DNA from: Squalus acanthias
Taxonomy: Eukaryota
DNA length: 64,000 bases
Direction of reading: 5' to 3'
Assembly: GCA_030390025.1 (NCBI GenBank)
Contig: CM059432.1
Span: 141,920,001-141,984,000 of the forward strand
The translations under genes and the position numbers were made by a program. Under the pieces are notes generated by a model that was given only the letters and a program-made list of their open reading frames with translations, made no database searches and was not told the DNA's origin. Each line of letters starts with the position of its first letter. The stretch's first letter is position 1. Shown here piece by piece: positions 11,203 through 24,326 of this stretch.

Positions 11203-14200
11203 CATAGAATCATAGAAATTTACAGCACAGAAGGAGGCCATTCGGCCCATCTTGTCCGTGCCGGCCGACAAAGAGCTATCCAGCCTAATGCCACTTTCCA
11301 GCACTTGGTCCGTAGCCTTGCAGGTTACGGCACTTCAAGTGCATATCCAAGTACTTTTTAAATGTGATGAGGGTTCCTGCCTCTACCACCCTTTCAGGCA
11401 GCGAGTTCCAGACCCCCACCACCCTCTGGGTGAAAAAAATTCTCCTCAAATCCCCTCTAAACCTCCTACCAATTACTTTAAATCTATGCCCCCTGATTAT
11501 CGACCCCTCTGCTAAGGGAAATAGGTGCTTCCTATCCACTCTATCAAGGCCCCATATAATTTTATACACCTCAATTAGGTCTCCCCTCAGCTTCCTCTGT
11601 TCCAAAGAAAACAACCCCAATCTTTCCTCATAGCTAAAATTTCCCAGCCCAGGCAACATCCTCGTAAATCTCCTCTGCACCCTCTCGAGTGCAATCACAT
11701 CCTCCCTGTAATGTGGTGACCAGAACTGCACGCAGTATTCTAGCTGCGGCCGAACTAGTGTTTTATACAGTTCAAGCATAACCTCCCTGCTCTTATATTC
11801 TATGCCTCGGCTAATAAAGGCAAGTATCCCGTATGCCTTCTTAACCACCTTATCAACCTGTCCTGCTACCTTCAGGGATCTGTGGACATGCACTCCAAGG
11901 TCCCTCTGATCCTCTGTACTTTTCAGTGTCCTACCATTTATTGTGTAATCACTTGCCTTGTTAGCCTTCCCCAAATGCATTACCTCACACTTCTCCAGAT
12001 TGAATTCCATTTGCCACTGTTCTGCCCACCAGACCAGTCCACTGATATCTTCCTGCAGTCTACAGCTTTCTTCTTCATTATCAACCACACGGCCAATTTT
12101 TGGATCATCTGCAAATTTCTTAATCATACTTCCTACATTCAAGTCCAAATCATTGATATATACCACAACAAGCAAAGGACCCAGTACTGAGCCCTGCGGA
12201 ACCCCAGTGTAAACAGCCTTCCAGTCACAAAAACACCTTCGACCATTACCCTTTGTTTCCTGCCTCTGAGCCAATTTTGGATCCAACTTGCCACTTTGCC
12301 TTGGATCCCATGGGCTTTTACTTTCATGACCAGTCTGCCATGCGGGACCTTATCAAAAGCCTTGCTAAAATCCATATAGACTACATCAAATGCACTACCC
12401 TCATCGACCCACCTTGTTATCTCCTCAAAAAATTTAATCAAGTTAGTTAGACACGACCTTCTCTTAACAAATCCATGCTGACTGTCTGTGATTAATCCAT
12501 GTCTTTCTAAATGAAGATTTATCCTGTCCCTCAGAATTTTTTCCAATAATTTCCCCACCACCGAGGTTAGGCTGACTGGCCTGTAATTACTCGGTCTATC
12601 CCTTTCTCCAATTTTTAAACAACAGGTACCACATTAGCAGTCCTCCGGCACCACACCTGTAGCCAGAGAGGATTGGAAAATGATGGTCAGAGCCTCTGCT
12701 ATTTCCTCTCTTACTTCTCTTAACAGCCTGGGGTACATTTCATCTGGGCCTGGGGATTTATCCACTTTCAAAGATGCTAAATCCCTTAATACTTCCTCTT
12801 TCACTATGTTTATTTCATCTAATATTTCACACTCCTCCTGATTGCAATGTCTGCATCGTCCCTCTCTTTTGTGAAAACAGACGCAAAGTATTCATTAAGA
12901 ACCATACCCACGTCTTCCGCCTCCGCACACAGGTTACCCTTATGGTCCCTAATAGACCCTACTCTTACTTTAGTTGTCCTCTTGCTCTTAATGTATTTAT
13001 GAAACATCTTTGGGATTTCCTTGATATTACTTGCCAAGATTTTTTCATGCCCTCTCTTTGCTTTCCTAATTTCCTTTTTAATTTCACCCCTGCACTTTCT
13101 ATACTCCTCTCGGGTTTCTGCAGTATTTAGCCATCTGTATCTGTCATAAGCTTCCCTTTTTTTTCTTTATCCTACCCTGTATGCCCCTTGACATCCAGGG
13201 AACTCTAGATTTGTTCGTCCCACCCTTTTTCTTTAAGGGAACATATTTGCTCTGAATCCTCACCATCTCCTCCTTGAACACCTCCCACTGCTCTGACACT
13301 GATTTACCTTCAAGTTTCTGTCTCCAGTCCACTTTGGCTAAATTACATCTCAGCTTAGTAAAATTTGCTTTTCCCCAATTAAGAACTTTTATTCCTGGTC
13401 TATCCTTGTCCTTTTCCATAACTACCCTAAATCTAACTGAATTATGATCACTACCACCAAAATACTCTCCCGCTGATACCCTTTCCACTTGCCCAGCTTC
13501 ATTCCCTAAAACTAGGCCCAGAACCGCCCCTTCTCTTGTTGGACTTGCTCCGTACTGGCTAAAAAAATTCTCCTGAATGCATATTAAGAATTCTGCTCCC
13601 TCTATACCTTTCACACTAATTTTATCCCAGTAAATATTAGGGAAGTTGAAATCCCCTACTATTACTGCCCTATTTTTGCACATCTCAGAAATGTGCCTAC
13701 ATATTTGCTCTACTATCTCCCTCTCACTGTTTGGGGGTCTATAGTACACTCCCAGCAGTGTGATTGCCCCTTTTTTGTTATTCAGTTCAATCCATATGGC
13801 CTCATTTGATGATCCTTCTAAGATATCAATCCTCCTCACAGCTGTAATTGTTTCTTTAATCAATCTTGCGACCCTCCCTCCTTTTTTATCTCCCTCTCTA
13901 TCTCGTCTGAAAACCCTGTAACCAGCAATGTTGAGCTGCCGTTCCTGCCCTTCTTTCAGCCATGTCTCAGTAATAGCTATAATATCATACTCCCACGTGT
14001 CTATCTGTGCCCTCAGCTCATCTGCTTTATTCCCTAGACTCCTTGCGTTGAAGTATATACCATTTAGCACTGCCAAACTCCCTTGTTGTCTATTTTCTAG
14101 CCTTTGTTTCCTCTGCCTTCCAAACTCGCTTACTAATTTTCTGCCTTCCATTTCCAGCTTTGCTTCTCTCCCTTCTGAATCCACTCTCAGGTTCCCATCC

Positions 14201-14812
14201 CCCTGCCAAGCTAGTTTAGACCCTCCCCAACAGCATTAGCAACCCCTCACCCCCCACGAGGATATTGGTCCCGGTCCTGTTGAGGTGCAACCCGTCTGGC
14301 TTGTACAGGTTCCACCTCCCCCAGAAACGGTCCCAATGCCTCAGGAATCTAAAGCCCTCTCTCCTGCATCATCTCTCCAGCCATGCATTCATCTGCTCTA
14401 TCCTCCTATTTCTGTACTCACTAGCACGTGGCACCAGGAGTAATCCAGAGATTACTACCTTTGAGGTCCTGCTTTTTAATCTCTTTCCTAGCTCCCTAAA
14501 ACCTGCCTGCAGGACCTCATCCCTCTTTCTACCTATGTCGTTTATACCGATATGGACCACGACCTTTGGCTGTTCACCCTCCCCCCTCAGAATGTCCTGC
14601 AGCCGCTCAGTGACATCCTTGACCCTGGCACCAGGGAGGCAACATACCATCCTGGAGTCACGTCTGCGGCCGCAGAAACACCTGTCTGCTCTCCGAACTA
14701 TCGAATCCCCTATGACTATTGCTCTTCCACTCTTTTTCCTCCCATGCTGAGCCACCCATAGTGCCATGGACTTGGCTCTAGCTGCACTCCCTAGAGGAAC
14801 CATCGCCCCCCA
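11203..14812 (-). mobile_element. CR1 LINE, long degenerate copy (ORF1 SGNH esterase, AP endonuclease, RT)
   Basis: IVIGDSIVR...VHIGINDIG esterase (~14400-14740), YFNARSL...ITETWL...GDFN...SDH endonuclease (13144-14184), GVPQGSVLGP...KFADD RT (11285-12561), (ATTCTATG)n-type tail. Several frameshifts. Confidence 0.92.
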
Positions 14813-15294
14813 CCTGGTGCAGGTCTGGAACTCACTGCCTGAAAGGGTGGTAGAGGCAGAAACCCTCATCACATTTAAAAAGTACTTGGAGATGCACTTG
14901 GAAGTGCCGTAACCTACAAGGCTACGGTCCAAGAGTCGGAAAGTGGGAATAGGGTGGATAGCTCTTTGTCGGCCGGCACGGACAAGATGGGCCAAATGGC
15001 CTCCTTCTGTGCTGTAAATTTCTATTCTATGGATTCTATGATCTCCAAAACTGCCAAGGTGGGATATGAGCTCACCTTCTCTGGATTACTAGTCCAGATA
15101 TCTGGATTACTAGTCCAGATACACAAACACTACACTATCTGTAGGTCTGGTACACTTCCCAATTTCATCCAGCCCACTGTAGTTTTACACAACCTGGCAA
15201 GTATAAATAAGAAAGTACAGATGTCATGGCTTCCACTATGCAGCAGCAGGCAGTCAGTGAAAGCTAGTATCTGTTCACTGACTCCCTGCATAAC

Positions 15295-16166
15295 AACAAC
15301 AACAACTTGTATTTATATAGCGCCTTTAACGTAGTAAAACGTCCCAAGGCGCTGCACAGGATTATTTTAAGACAAAAAAATTTGACACCGATCCACATAA
15401 GGATAAATTAGGGCAGGTGACCAAAAGCTTGGTCAAAGAGGTAGGTTTTAAGGAGCGTCTTAAAGGAGGAGAGAGAGGTAGCGAGGCGGAGAGGTTTAGG
15501 CAGGGAATTCCAGAGCTTAGGGCCTAGGCAACAGAAGGCACGGCCACCAAAGGTTGAGCGATTATAATCAGGGATCTTTAAGAGGACAGAATTAGAGGAG
15601 CATAGATATCTCGAGGGGTTGTGGGGCTGAAGGAGATTACAGAGATCGGAAGGGGCGAGGCCATGGAGGGATTTGAAAACAAGGATGAGAATTTTGAAAT
15701 CGAGGTGCTGCTTAACCGGGAGCCAATGTAGGTGAGCGAGCACAGGGGAGATGGGTGAACGGGACTTGGTGCGAGTTAGGACACGGGCAGCCGAGTTTTG
15801 GATGACCTCAAGTTTACGTAGGGTGGAATGTGGGAGGCCAGCCAGGAGTGCGTTGGAATAGTCAAGTCTCGAGGTAACAAAGGCATGGATGAGGGTTTCA
15901 GCAGCGGATGAGCTGAGGCAAGGGTGGAGACGGGCGATGTTACGGAGGTGGAAGTAGGCGGTCTTTGTTATACTGCGGATATGTGGTCGGAAGCTCATTT
16001 CAGGGTCAAATATGACACCAAGGTTGCGAACAGTGTGGTTCAGCCTCAAACAGATGTTAGGGAGAGGGATGAAGTCAGTGGCTAGGGAACGGAGTTTGTG
16101 GCGGGGACCGAAAACAATGGCTTCGGTCTTCCCAATATTTAATTGGAGAAAATTTTTGCTCATCCA
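15295..16166 (-). mobile_element. L2-clade LINE 3' fragment
   Basis: LQLNIGKTE...RNLGVIFD...HAFVTSRLDYSN...LHWLP...GGRAF...KTYLF and a (GTT)n tail. Confidence 0.88.
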
Positions 16167-16569
16167 CATGCACAGTTAAACGCGGAATTCCAGAAGTTGC
16201 TGCCAGAGATACCCTGCTCCTCCACAGGGTGCGCTGTTGCAGTCCTCGCAGATAGACTCGGCACTGAAATCACTGTAACGGCATGAACTTGGGATTTTTG
16301 CATAGTTAGAAAGGTGGTGAGACATGCCAATAATTTATATCTGTCCCTCTCCCCATAACTGAACTTTTACCACTCGGAGGAAAGAACACACTGTATCACA
16401 GATATAGATCACAATCTCTTCAGTACAGACATTCAGGCACATGAATCTGTTGTTTCATCACAAGAGCACTCAATTCGTGCAAAACACACAGCATGCCGAG
16501 TATGGGCAGGTTTACTGGAGCGATTATTTGTTTTAATATGCTCCTGTACAGTTCACAAGAATTGATATT

Positions 16570-17478
16570 GGCCCGGATTTTGCTCTTAGCAGCGAAGCAG
16601 CAGCTCTCGTCATTCACCTCACTGACAGTTCACCTCCTGACTCCCCAAAGCCTTTCCACCATCGACAAGGCACAAGTCAGGTGTGTGATGGAATACTCTC
16701 CACTTGCCTGGATGAGTGCAGCTCCAACAACACTCAAGAAGCTCGACACCATCCAGGACAAAGCAGCCTGCTTGATTGGCACCCCATCCACCACCTTAAA
16801 CATTCACTCCCTCCACCACCGGCGCACCGTGTCTGCAGTGTGTACCATCTACAAGATGTACTGCAGCAACTCGCCAAGGCTTCTTTGGCAGCACCTCCCA
16901 AACCCGCCACCTCTTCCACCTAGAAGGACAAGGGCAGCAGGCGCGTGGGAACACCACCACCTCCAAGTTCCCCTCCAAGTCACACACCATCCCGACGTGG
17001 AAATATATCGGCGATCCTTCATCGTCGCTGGGTCAAAATCCTGGAACTCCCTCCCTAATAGCACTGTGGGAGTACCTTCACCACACGGACTGCAGCGGTT
17101 CAAGAAGGCGGCTCACCACCACCTTCTCAAGGGCAATGAGGGATGGGCAATAAATGCTTGGCTTGCCAGCGACGCCCACATCCCAGGGACGAATTTAAAA
17201 AATTGCAACAGCCCGACCTTTTCCAGCCATTTTTAACGCGAGACTAGTGGGCAAATACCCCAAGTTCATGTCGTTACAGTGATTTCAATGCCGAGTCTAT
17301 CTGCGAGGACTGCAACAGCGCACCCTGTGGAGGAGCAGGGTATCTCTGGCAGCAACTTCTGGAGATCCGCCTTTAACTGTGCATGCGCAGACGCCAGAAG
17401 TTGCTGTCAGATTTACCCTGGAATAACGGTGAGTGCAGATAGCCTCACCATTATTATTATTACAGCAAAATCCGGGCC
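16570..17478. mobile_element. Harbinger-like MITE carrying a nested LINE fragment
   Basis: Perfect TIR GGCCCGGATTTTGCT / AGCAAAATCCGGGCC with ATT duplicated on both sides. Confidence 0.78.
16630..17195 (+). mobile_element. Non-LTR retrotransposon 3' fragment (CR1/L2 group) nested in a MITE
   Basis: KAQVRCVMEYSPLAW...LDTIQDKA...LHHRR...RSF...WNSLP. Same family as 28287-29043. Confidence 0.8.
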
Positions 17479-17813
17479 ATTATGTACAAGAGAGAAAATG
17501 CAAGGTCGGTTACACACACACATACACGTTACTGTAATGAACCTAATAACTCGACAGCACCACCATCTGGCACCTAGTGCATCACCATGGTGTGTGCTTT
17601 CTCTGTATAACATAAATTCCAGGGAATTGTAACGCAAATGTTGATATTTTGTGCTGCTTTCTTTGGTTTCACTACTGAAGTAATTCATATCTTGTTAAAG
17701 CTGCACCAAATCTCCTAATTTAAGGGAATGGTAATGGTACCAGAGCCTCACTAATACCATCCGTCCATGTCACACTGGGAGCTCTCTCTGCGGGTCTGCA
17801 GGAGGCTGAGAAT

Positions 17814-20770
17814 ACATAGAAACATAGAAGATAGGAGCAGGAGTAGGCCATTCGGCCCCTCGAGCCTACTCCGCCATTGAATGAGATCATGGCTGATCAT
17901 CCAAATTCAGTACCCTGTCCCTGCCTTCTCCCCATATCCCTTGATCCCTTTAGCCTTAAGAAATATATCTAACTCCTTCTTGAATATATTTAATGAATTG
18001 GCCTCCACTGCCTTCTGTGGTAGAGAATTCCACAGGTTCACCACTCTCTGGGTGAAGAAATTCCTCCTCATCTCAGTCCTAAACGGCTTACCCCTTATCC
18101 TTAGACTGTGACCCCTGGTTCTGGACTCCCCGACCATCGGGAACAGCCTTCCTGCATCTAGTCTGTCTAGTCCTGTTAGAATTTTATAAGTTTCAATGAG
18201 ATCCCCTCTCATTCTTCTGAACTCCAGCGAGTATAAGCCCAATCGACCCAATCTCTCCTCATATGTCATTCCTGCCATCCCAGGTATCAGTCTGGTGAAT
18301 CTTCGCTGCACTCCCTCCATGGCAAGAACATCCTTCCTCAGATAAGGCGACCAAAACTGCACACAATACTCAAGGTGTGGTCTCACCAAGGCCCTGTACA
18401 ACTGCAGCAAGACATCCTTGTTCCTGTATTCGAACCCTCTCGCTACGAAGGCCAACATACCATCTGCCTTCTTAACCGCCTGCTGCACCTGCATGCTTAC
18501 CTTCAGCGACTGGTGCACAAGGACACCCAGGTCTCGTTGCACTTCCCCTTCTCCCAATCTATTGCCATTCAGATAATAATCTGCCTTCCCGTTTTTGACA
18601 CCAAAGTGGATAACCTCGCATTTATCCACATTATAATGCATCTGCCATAATTCTGCCCAATCACCCAACCTGTCCAAATCATACTGGAGTTTTTCGGCAT
18701 CCTCCTCACAGCACACACGCCCACCCAGCTTTGTGTCGTCTGCAAACTTGGAGATATTACATCTAGTTCCCTCGTCTAGATCATTTATATATATTGTGAA
18801 TAGCTGGGGTCCTAGCACCGATCCCTGCGGTACCCCACTAGTCACTGCCTGCCACTCGGAAAAAGACCCGTTTATTCCAACTCTTTGCCTTCTGTCTGCC
18901 AACCAGTTCTCTATCCAAGTCAATACCTTGACCCCAGTCCCATGTGCCTTAACTTTACACGCTAATCTCTTATGCGGGACCTTATCGAAAGCCTTCTGAA
19001 AGTCCAAATACACCACATCCACTGATTCTCCCTTATCTATTTTACCAGTTACATCTTCAAAAAATTCCAGTAGATCAGTCAAGCATGATTTACCTTTTGT
19101 AAATCTATGTTGACTTTGTCCGATCCTGTCACTGTTTTCCAAATGCTCAGCTAGTACATCTTTTATAATGGACTCTAGCATTTTCCCCACTACCGATGTC
19201 AGGCTTATCGGTCTATAATTCCCCGTTTTCTCTCTACCACCTTTTTTGAATAGTGGGGTAACATTAGCTACCCTCCAATCCATGGGTACTGTTTCAGAAT
19301 CTATCAAATTTTGGTAGATGACCAGCAATGCATCTACTATTTCTAGGGCCACTTCCTTAAGTACCCTAGGATGTAGATTATCAGGCCCTGGGGATTTATC
19401 GGCCTTCAATCCCGTCAATTTCCCTAACACCATTTCCCTACAAATACTGATTTCTTTCAGTTCCTCCCTCTCACTAGACCCTATGTTCCCCGACATCTCT
19501 GGGAGGTTATTTATGTCCTCCTTTGTGAAGACAGAACCAAAGTATGTATTTAATTGGTCTGCCATTTCTTTGTTCCCCATTATAAATTCCCCTGATTCTG
19601 ACTGCAAGGGACCTACGCTTGACTTCACCAATCTTTTTCTCTTCACATATCTATAAAAGCTTTTACAGTCAGTTTTTATGTTCCCTGCAAGTTTACTCTC
19701 ATACTATTTTCCCCCTCTTAATTAATCCCTTTGTCCTCCTTTGCTGAATCCTAAACTGCTCCCAATCCTCAGGTTTACTGCTTTTTCTGGCCAATTTATA
19801 TGTCCTCTCCTTGGATCTTATGCTATTCCTAATTTCCCTTGTTAGCCACGGTTGAGTCACCTTTTTTGTTTTATTTTTATGCCAAACTGGGATGAACAAA
19901 TTCTGTAGTTCATCCATGCGATCTTTGAATGTTTGCCATTGCCTATCCACCGTCAGCCCTTTGAGTAACATTCCCCAATCAATCCTACCCAACTCGTGCC
20001 TCATACCATCGTAGTTTCCTTTATTTAAATTCAGGACCCTAGTCTCTGAGTCAACTACTTCACTCTCCATTTTAATGAAGAATTCTATCATATTATGATC
20101 GCTCCGACCCAAGGGGCCTCGCATAACAAGATTGCTAATTAATCCTTTCTCATTACATAATACCCAGTCTAAGATGGCCTGATCTCTAGTTGGTTCCTCG
20201 ACATATTGGTCCAGGAAACCATCCCGTATACACTCCAGGAATTCCTCCTCCACAGTACTGTTACTAATTTGGTTAGCCCAATCTATATGTAAATTAAAGT
20301 CACCCATGATAACTGATGTGCCATTATTGCACGCTTCACTAATTTCCCTTTTAATGCCATCCCCAACCTCCACATTACTGTTTGGGGGTCTGTATACCAC
20401 TCCCACTAACGTTTTCTGCCCCTTGGTATTTCTCAGTTCTACCCATACAGATTCCACATCATCAGAGCTAATATCCTTCCTTACAATTGTGCTAATCCCC
20501 TCTTTAACCAGCAATGCTACCCCACCTCCTTTTCCTTTTTGCCTATCTTTCCTGAATATTGAATACCCCTGGATGTTGAGTTCCCAGCCTTGGTCACCCT
20601 GGAGCCATGTTTCCGTAATCCCAATCACATCATATTCGTTTACCTCTATTTGCGCAGCTAATTCATCCACCTTATTCCGAATGCTCCTCGCATTAAGACA
20701 CAAAGCCTTCAGGCTTGTTCTTTTAATGCTCTTAGACCTTTTAGAATTATTATTTACTGTGGCCATGTTT
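17814..20770 (-). mobile_element. CR1 LINE ORF2 (endonuclease + RT), nearly intact
   Basis: ORFs 19699-20976 (LNARSI...ETWL...SDH) and 17907-19646 (YRPISL...DFQKAFD...PQGS...FADD) separated by a single frame break; CR1 tail at 17814. Confidence 0.95.
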
Positions 20771-21427
20771 GATTTAAATACGTGCAAGACTGGGTCTATT
20801 TGCAACCTCGGTGCTGAAGACATACGACCAATGATGGACAGGAATAGACCCACTGGTCCCTCTCTTTTCCCACACAATTGTGATACCTTGTGCATCACAA
20901 TATATACACTCCACCCCACCCAAAAACCATGTGATCTCCTGGGAGAGGCGAAAAAAGATTTAAAAACCCAGCTCAATTTGTAGGGGGCGGGGGGGGGGGG
21001 AGATAGAAATCTGGGAAATTCCTCTTCAACCCATCTCGGCGATCGAAACTAGTCCAGGCGATCACTCTGGCCCTGAATTCTCAGCAGTGCCTACCTTCTG
21101 TAAGAGGTGATCTCCGCCCTAGCCAGAAACAGGTCCAGCTCTCGCTTGAAGGAATTCAGCGAATCGACGTCCTGTTCCAGAGGTCCACTATTCTCTGGGA
21201 AAAGAACCACCTCCTGACAGCTAGCCTAGATCTGGTCTCGTACAACTTAAAATTGTGACCCCTGGTCCTCCCGAATTTATTTAATTGGAACAAACTGTCA
21301 ACTGAAACACAATCTATTCCCTTCATCATCTTATAAACCTCGATTCGATCACCCTGCCAAAGCCTACGTTTCTCTAAAATGTAGAGCCCCAGGTCTTTTA
21401 GCCTATCTTGATAACTAAGACAAAACA

Positions 21428-21818
21428 TTTTGAAGTGTAGTCACTGTTGTAATGTAGGAAACGTGGCAGCCACCAATTACACACAGCAAGCTCCCACAAA
21501 CAGCAATGTGATAATGACCAGATAATCTGCTTTTGTTATGTTGATTGAGGGATAAATATTGGCCAGGACACCGGGGATAGCTCCTCTGCTCTTCTTCGAA
21601 ATAGTGGCCATGGGATCTTTTACGTCCACCTGAGAGAGCAGACGGGGCCTCGGTTTAACGTCTCATCCAAAAGACGTCACCTCCGACAGTGCAGCACTCC
21701 CTCAGCACTGCACTGAAGCGTCTGCCTATATTTTTGTGATCAAGTCTCTCGAGTGGGACAAGAACCCACAACCTTCTGACTCTGAGGCGAGTGTGCTACC
21801 CACTGAGCCACAGTTGAC
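21428..21818 (-). mobile_element. Deu-domain SINE (SacSINE1-like)
   Basis: Same family. Confidence 0.85.
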
Positions 21819-21894
21819 AGAGACTACAAATCACCAGGGAAGCCACAACGGGACTTTGAAGTCTCCTGGAGCCAGACCTTGAAAGAACTTTGAA

Positions 21895-22515
21895 GACAGG
21901 GATATCAAATGACCCTGAGCTTCCGGTCGCTTGTCATTTTAATTCACCTCTCCACGCCCACTCAGACCTCACCGTCCTCGGCCTCGTGCATTGTTCCACG
22001 GAAGCTCAGCGTAAGCTCGAGGAACAGCACCTCATCTTCCGATTAGGCACTTTACAGCCTTCCGGACTCAATATCGAGTTCAACAATTTCAGATCATAAC
22101 CTCGGCCCCTACTATATAAATACATTTTATCCACCCTTTGGGTTTGTGCCTTTTCCCTTTTTTTCTCTCTCCCCCCACGGCAGCTGTCCCTCATTCTGCC
22201 AGCATTTCACACTTCACACTTCTAGCCACCTTTTGTTTCTTAACCTGTCCCATTACCATCTCGTCTTGCCTTGAGCATCTCTTAATGTCTCTACTTACCA
22301 TAGACCACCCCTTTTGTTCTTTTATTCCTCCCCCCCAGCCTCCCACTTGCTTTTTTTATGTTTCATTTCCTGCTTTTTTCTCAGTTCTGACGAAGGGTTT
22401 CGACCTGAAACGTTAACTCTGTTTCTCTCTCCACGGATGTTGCCTGGCCTGCTGAGTTTTTCCAGCGTTTTCTGTTGTTGTTTCAATTTTCCAGCATCCG
22501 CAGTATTTTGCTATC
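21895..22515 (+). mobile_element. Penelope-like element 3' end (GIY-YIG C-terminus plus terminal repeat)
   Basis: PVACHFNSP...RKLEEQHLIFRLGTLQPSGLNIEF, typical of the Penelope C-terminus, followed by a pyrimidine-rich tract and a hammerhead-containing repeat. Confidence 0.8.
22383..22418 (+). ncRNA. Minimal hammerhead ribozyme motif (Penelope-associated)
   Basis: AGTT-CTGACGA-A-GGGT(TTCG)ACCT-GAAA-CGTT-AACT: conserved core, stem II with a UUCG loop, palindromic minimal stem III, 4-bp stem I. Confidence 0.7.
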
Positions 22516-22584
22516 ATATCAATCAAGGTGATTGCTGCCTTGAAATTTTTGCCACTTTTTCTTTGGAAACAACAAATGGTAAAT

Positions 22585-23130
22585 CTTTATAAAACACTGG
22601 TTAGGCCTCAGTTGGAGTATTGTGTTCAGTTCTGCGCATAATAGAAAGGATGTCAAGGCCTTGGAGAGGGTGCAGAGGAGATTTTCTTGAATGGTACCAG
22701 AGATGAGGACTTCAGTTATGTGGGGAGACTGAAGAAGCTTGGATTGTTCTCCTTAGAGCAGAGGTTAAGAGGAGATTTGACAGAGGTGTTCAAAATCATG
22801 AAGGGTTTCAATAGAGTAAAGGAGAAACTGGCAGAAGGGTCGGTAACGAGAGGACACAGATTTAAGGTGATTGGCAAAACAACCAGAGGCGAAATGAGGA
22901 GACATTTGTTTTACTCAGCGAGTTGTTGTGATCTGGAATGCGCTGCCTGAAAGGGCGGTGGAAGCAGATTCAACAGTAACTTTCAAAAGGGAATTGGATA
23001 AATACTTGAAGGGAGAACATTTGCAGCATTATGGGGAAAGAGCAGGGGGAGTGGGACTAATTGGATCACTCTTTCAAAGAGCCGGCACGATGGGCCAAAT
23101 GGCCTCCTTCTGTGCTGTAACATTCTATGA
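22585..23130 (+). mobile_element. CR1 3' fragment
   Basis: ...LGLFSLEQRLRGDLTEVFK...WNALP plus CR1 3' UTR. Confidence 0.8.
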
Positions 23131-23451
23131 ACAGCAGGACATATCTGTCAAATCTCCCAACCAGCAATGCCCATCTGCATCTCACAGGTGACAGATGTAG
23201 TGTTTGGCCAGGCTAGAGATTGCATTCATTTCCTTGTGGAAACTAGCCAGGCCAGGCATCCATTAATTTCACCATGGCAACCTGCCAGCAAGATGAAAGA
23301 AACATACATTTTCAATTAAAAGTAAAAAAAAAATACTGCAGATGCTGTAAATATGAAACAAATAGAAAATGCTGGAAATACTCAGCAGGCCAGTCAGTAT
23401 CTGTGGAGAGATCAGACGAGTTTGTGTTTCAGGTGTGGAACCTTCATTAGA

Positions 23452-24326
23452 GGAAAGAAAGAACTTGCATCTATACTGCGCCTTTCACGACCTCAGGACG
23501 TCCCAAAGCACTTTACAGCCAATGAAGTACTTTTGAAGTGTAGTCACTGTTGTAAGGTAGGAGATGTGGCAGCCAATTTGCACACAGCAAGCTCCCACAA
23601 ACAGCAATGAGATATTGACCAGTTTTAGTGATGTTGATTGAGGGATAAATATTGGACAGGACACCAGGGAGAACTCCCCTGCTCTTCTTTAAAATAGTGC
23701 CATGGGATCTTTTACATCCTGATTCCTGATTCCTGGGATGGCAGGACTGTCATATGAGGAGAGATTGGGTCAACTAGGCCTGTATTCACTAGAGTTTAGA
23801 AGAATGAGAGGAGATCTTGTGGAAACGTATAACATTTTGACAGGGCTAGACAGACTGGATGCAGGGAGGATGTTTCCCCTGGCTGGGGGGTCTAGAACGA
23901 GGGGTCACAGTCTCAGGATACGGGATAGGACATTTAGGACTGAGCTGAGGAGAAATTTATTCACTCAGAGGGTGGTGAACCTGTGGAATTCTCTACCACA
24001 GACAGCTGTGGAGGCCAAGTCACTGAATATATTTAAGAAGGAGATAGATAGATTTCTAGACACAAAAGGCATCAAGGGGTATGGGGAGAGAGTGGGAATA
24101 GGGTATTGAGATAGAGGATCAGCCATGATCATATTGAATGGTGGAGCAGGCTCGAAGGGCCGAATGGCCTACTCCTGTTCCTATTTTTCTATGTTCTATC
24201 CACCTGAGAGGGCAGAAGGGGTCTTGGTTTAACGTCTCATCCGAAAGACAGCACCTCCGACAGTGCAGCACTCCCTCAGTACTGCACTGGAGTGACAGCC
24301 TAGATTTTTGTGCTTAAGTCTTTGGT
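23452..24326 (-). mobile_element. Deu-domain SINE interrupted by a + strand CR1 3' fragment (~23720-24196)
   Basis: The SINE core breaks at ...ttttacatcc and resumes at atccacctgag; CR1 ORF 23738-24109 lies between. Confidence 0.82.
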
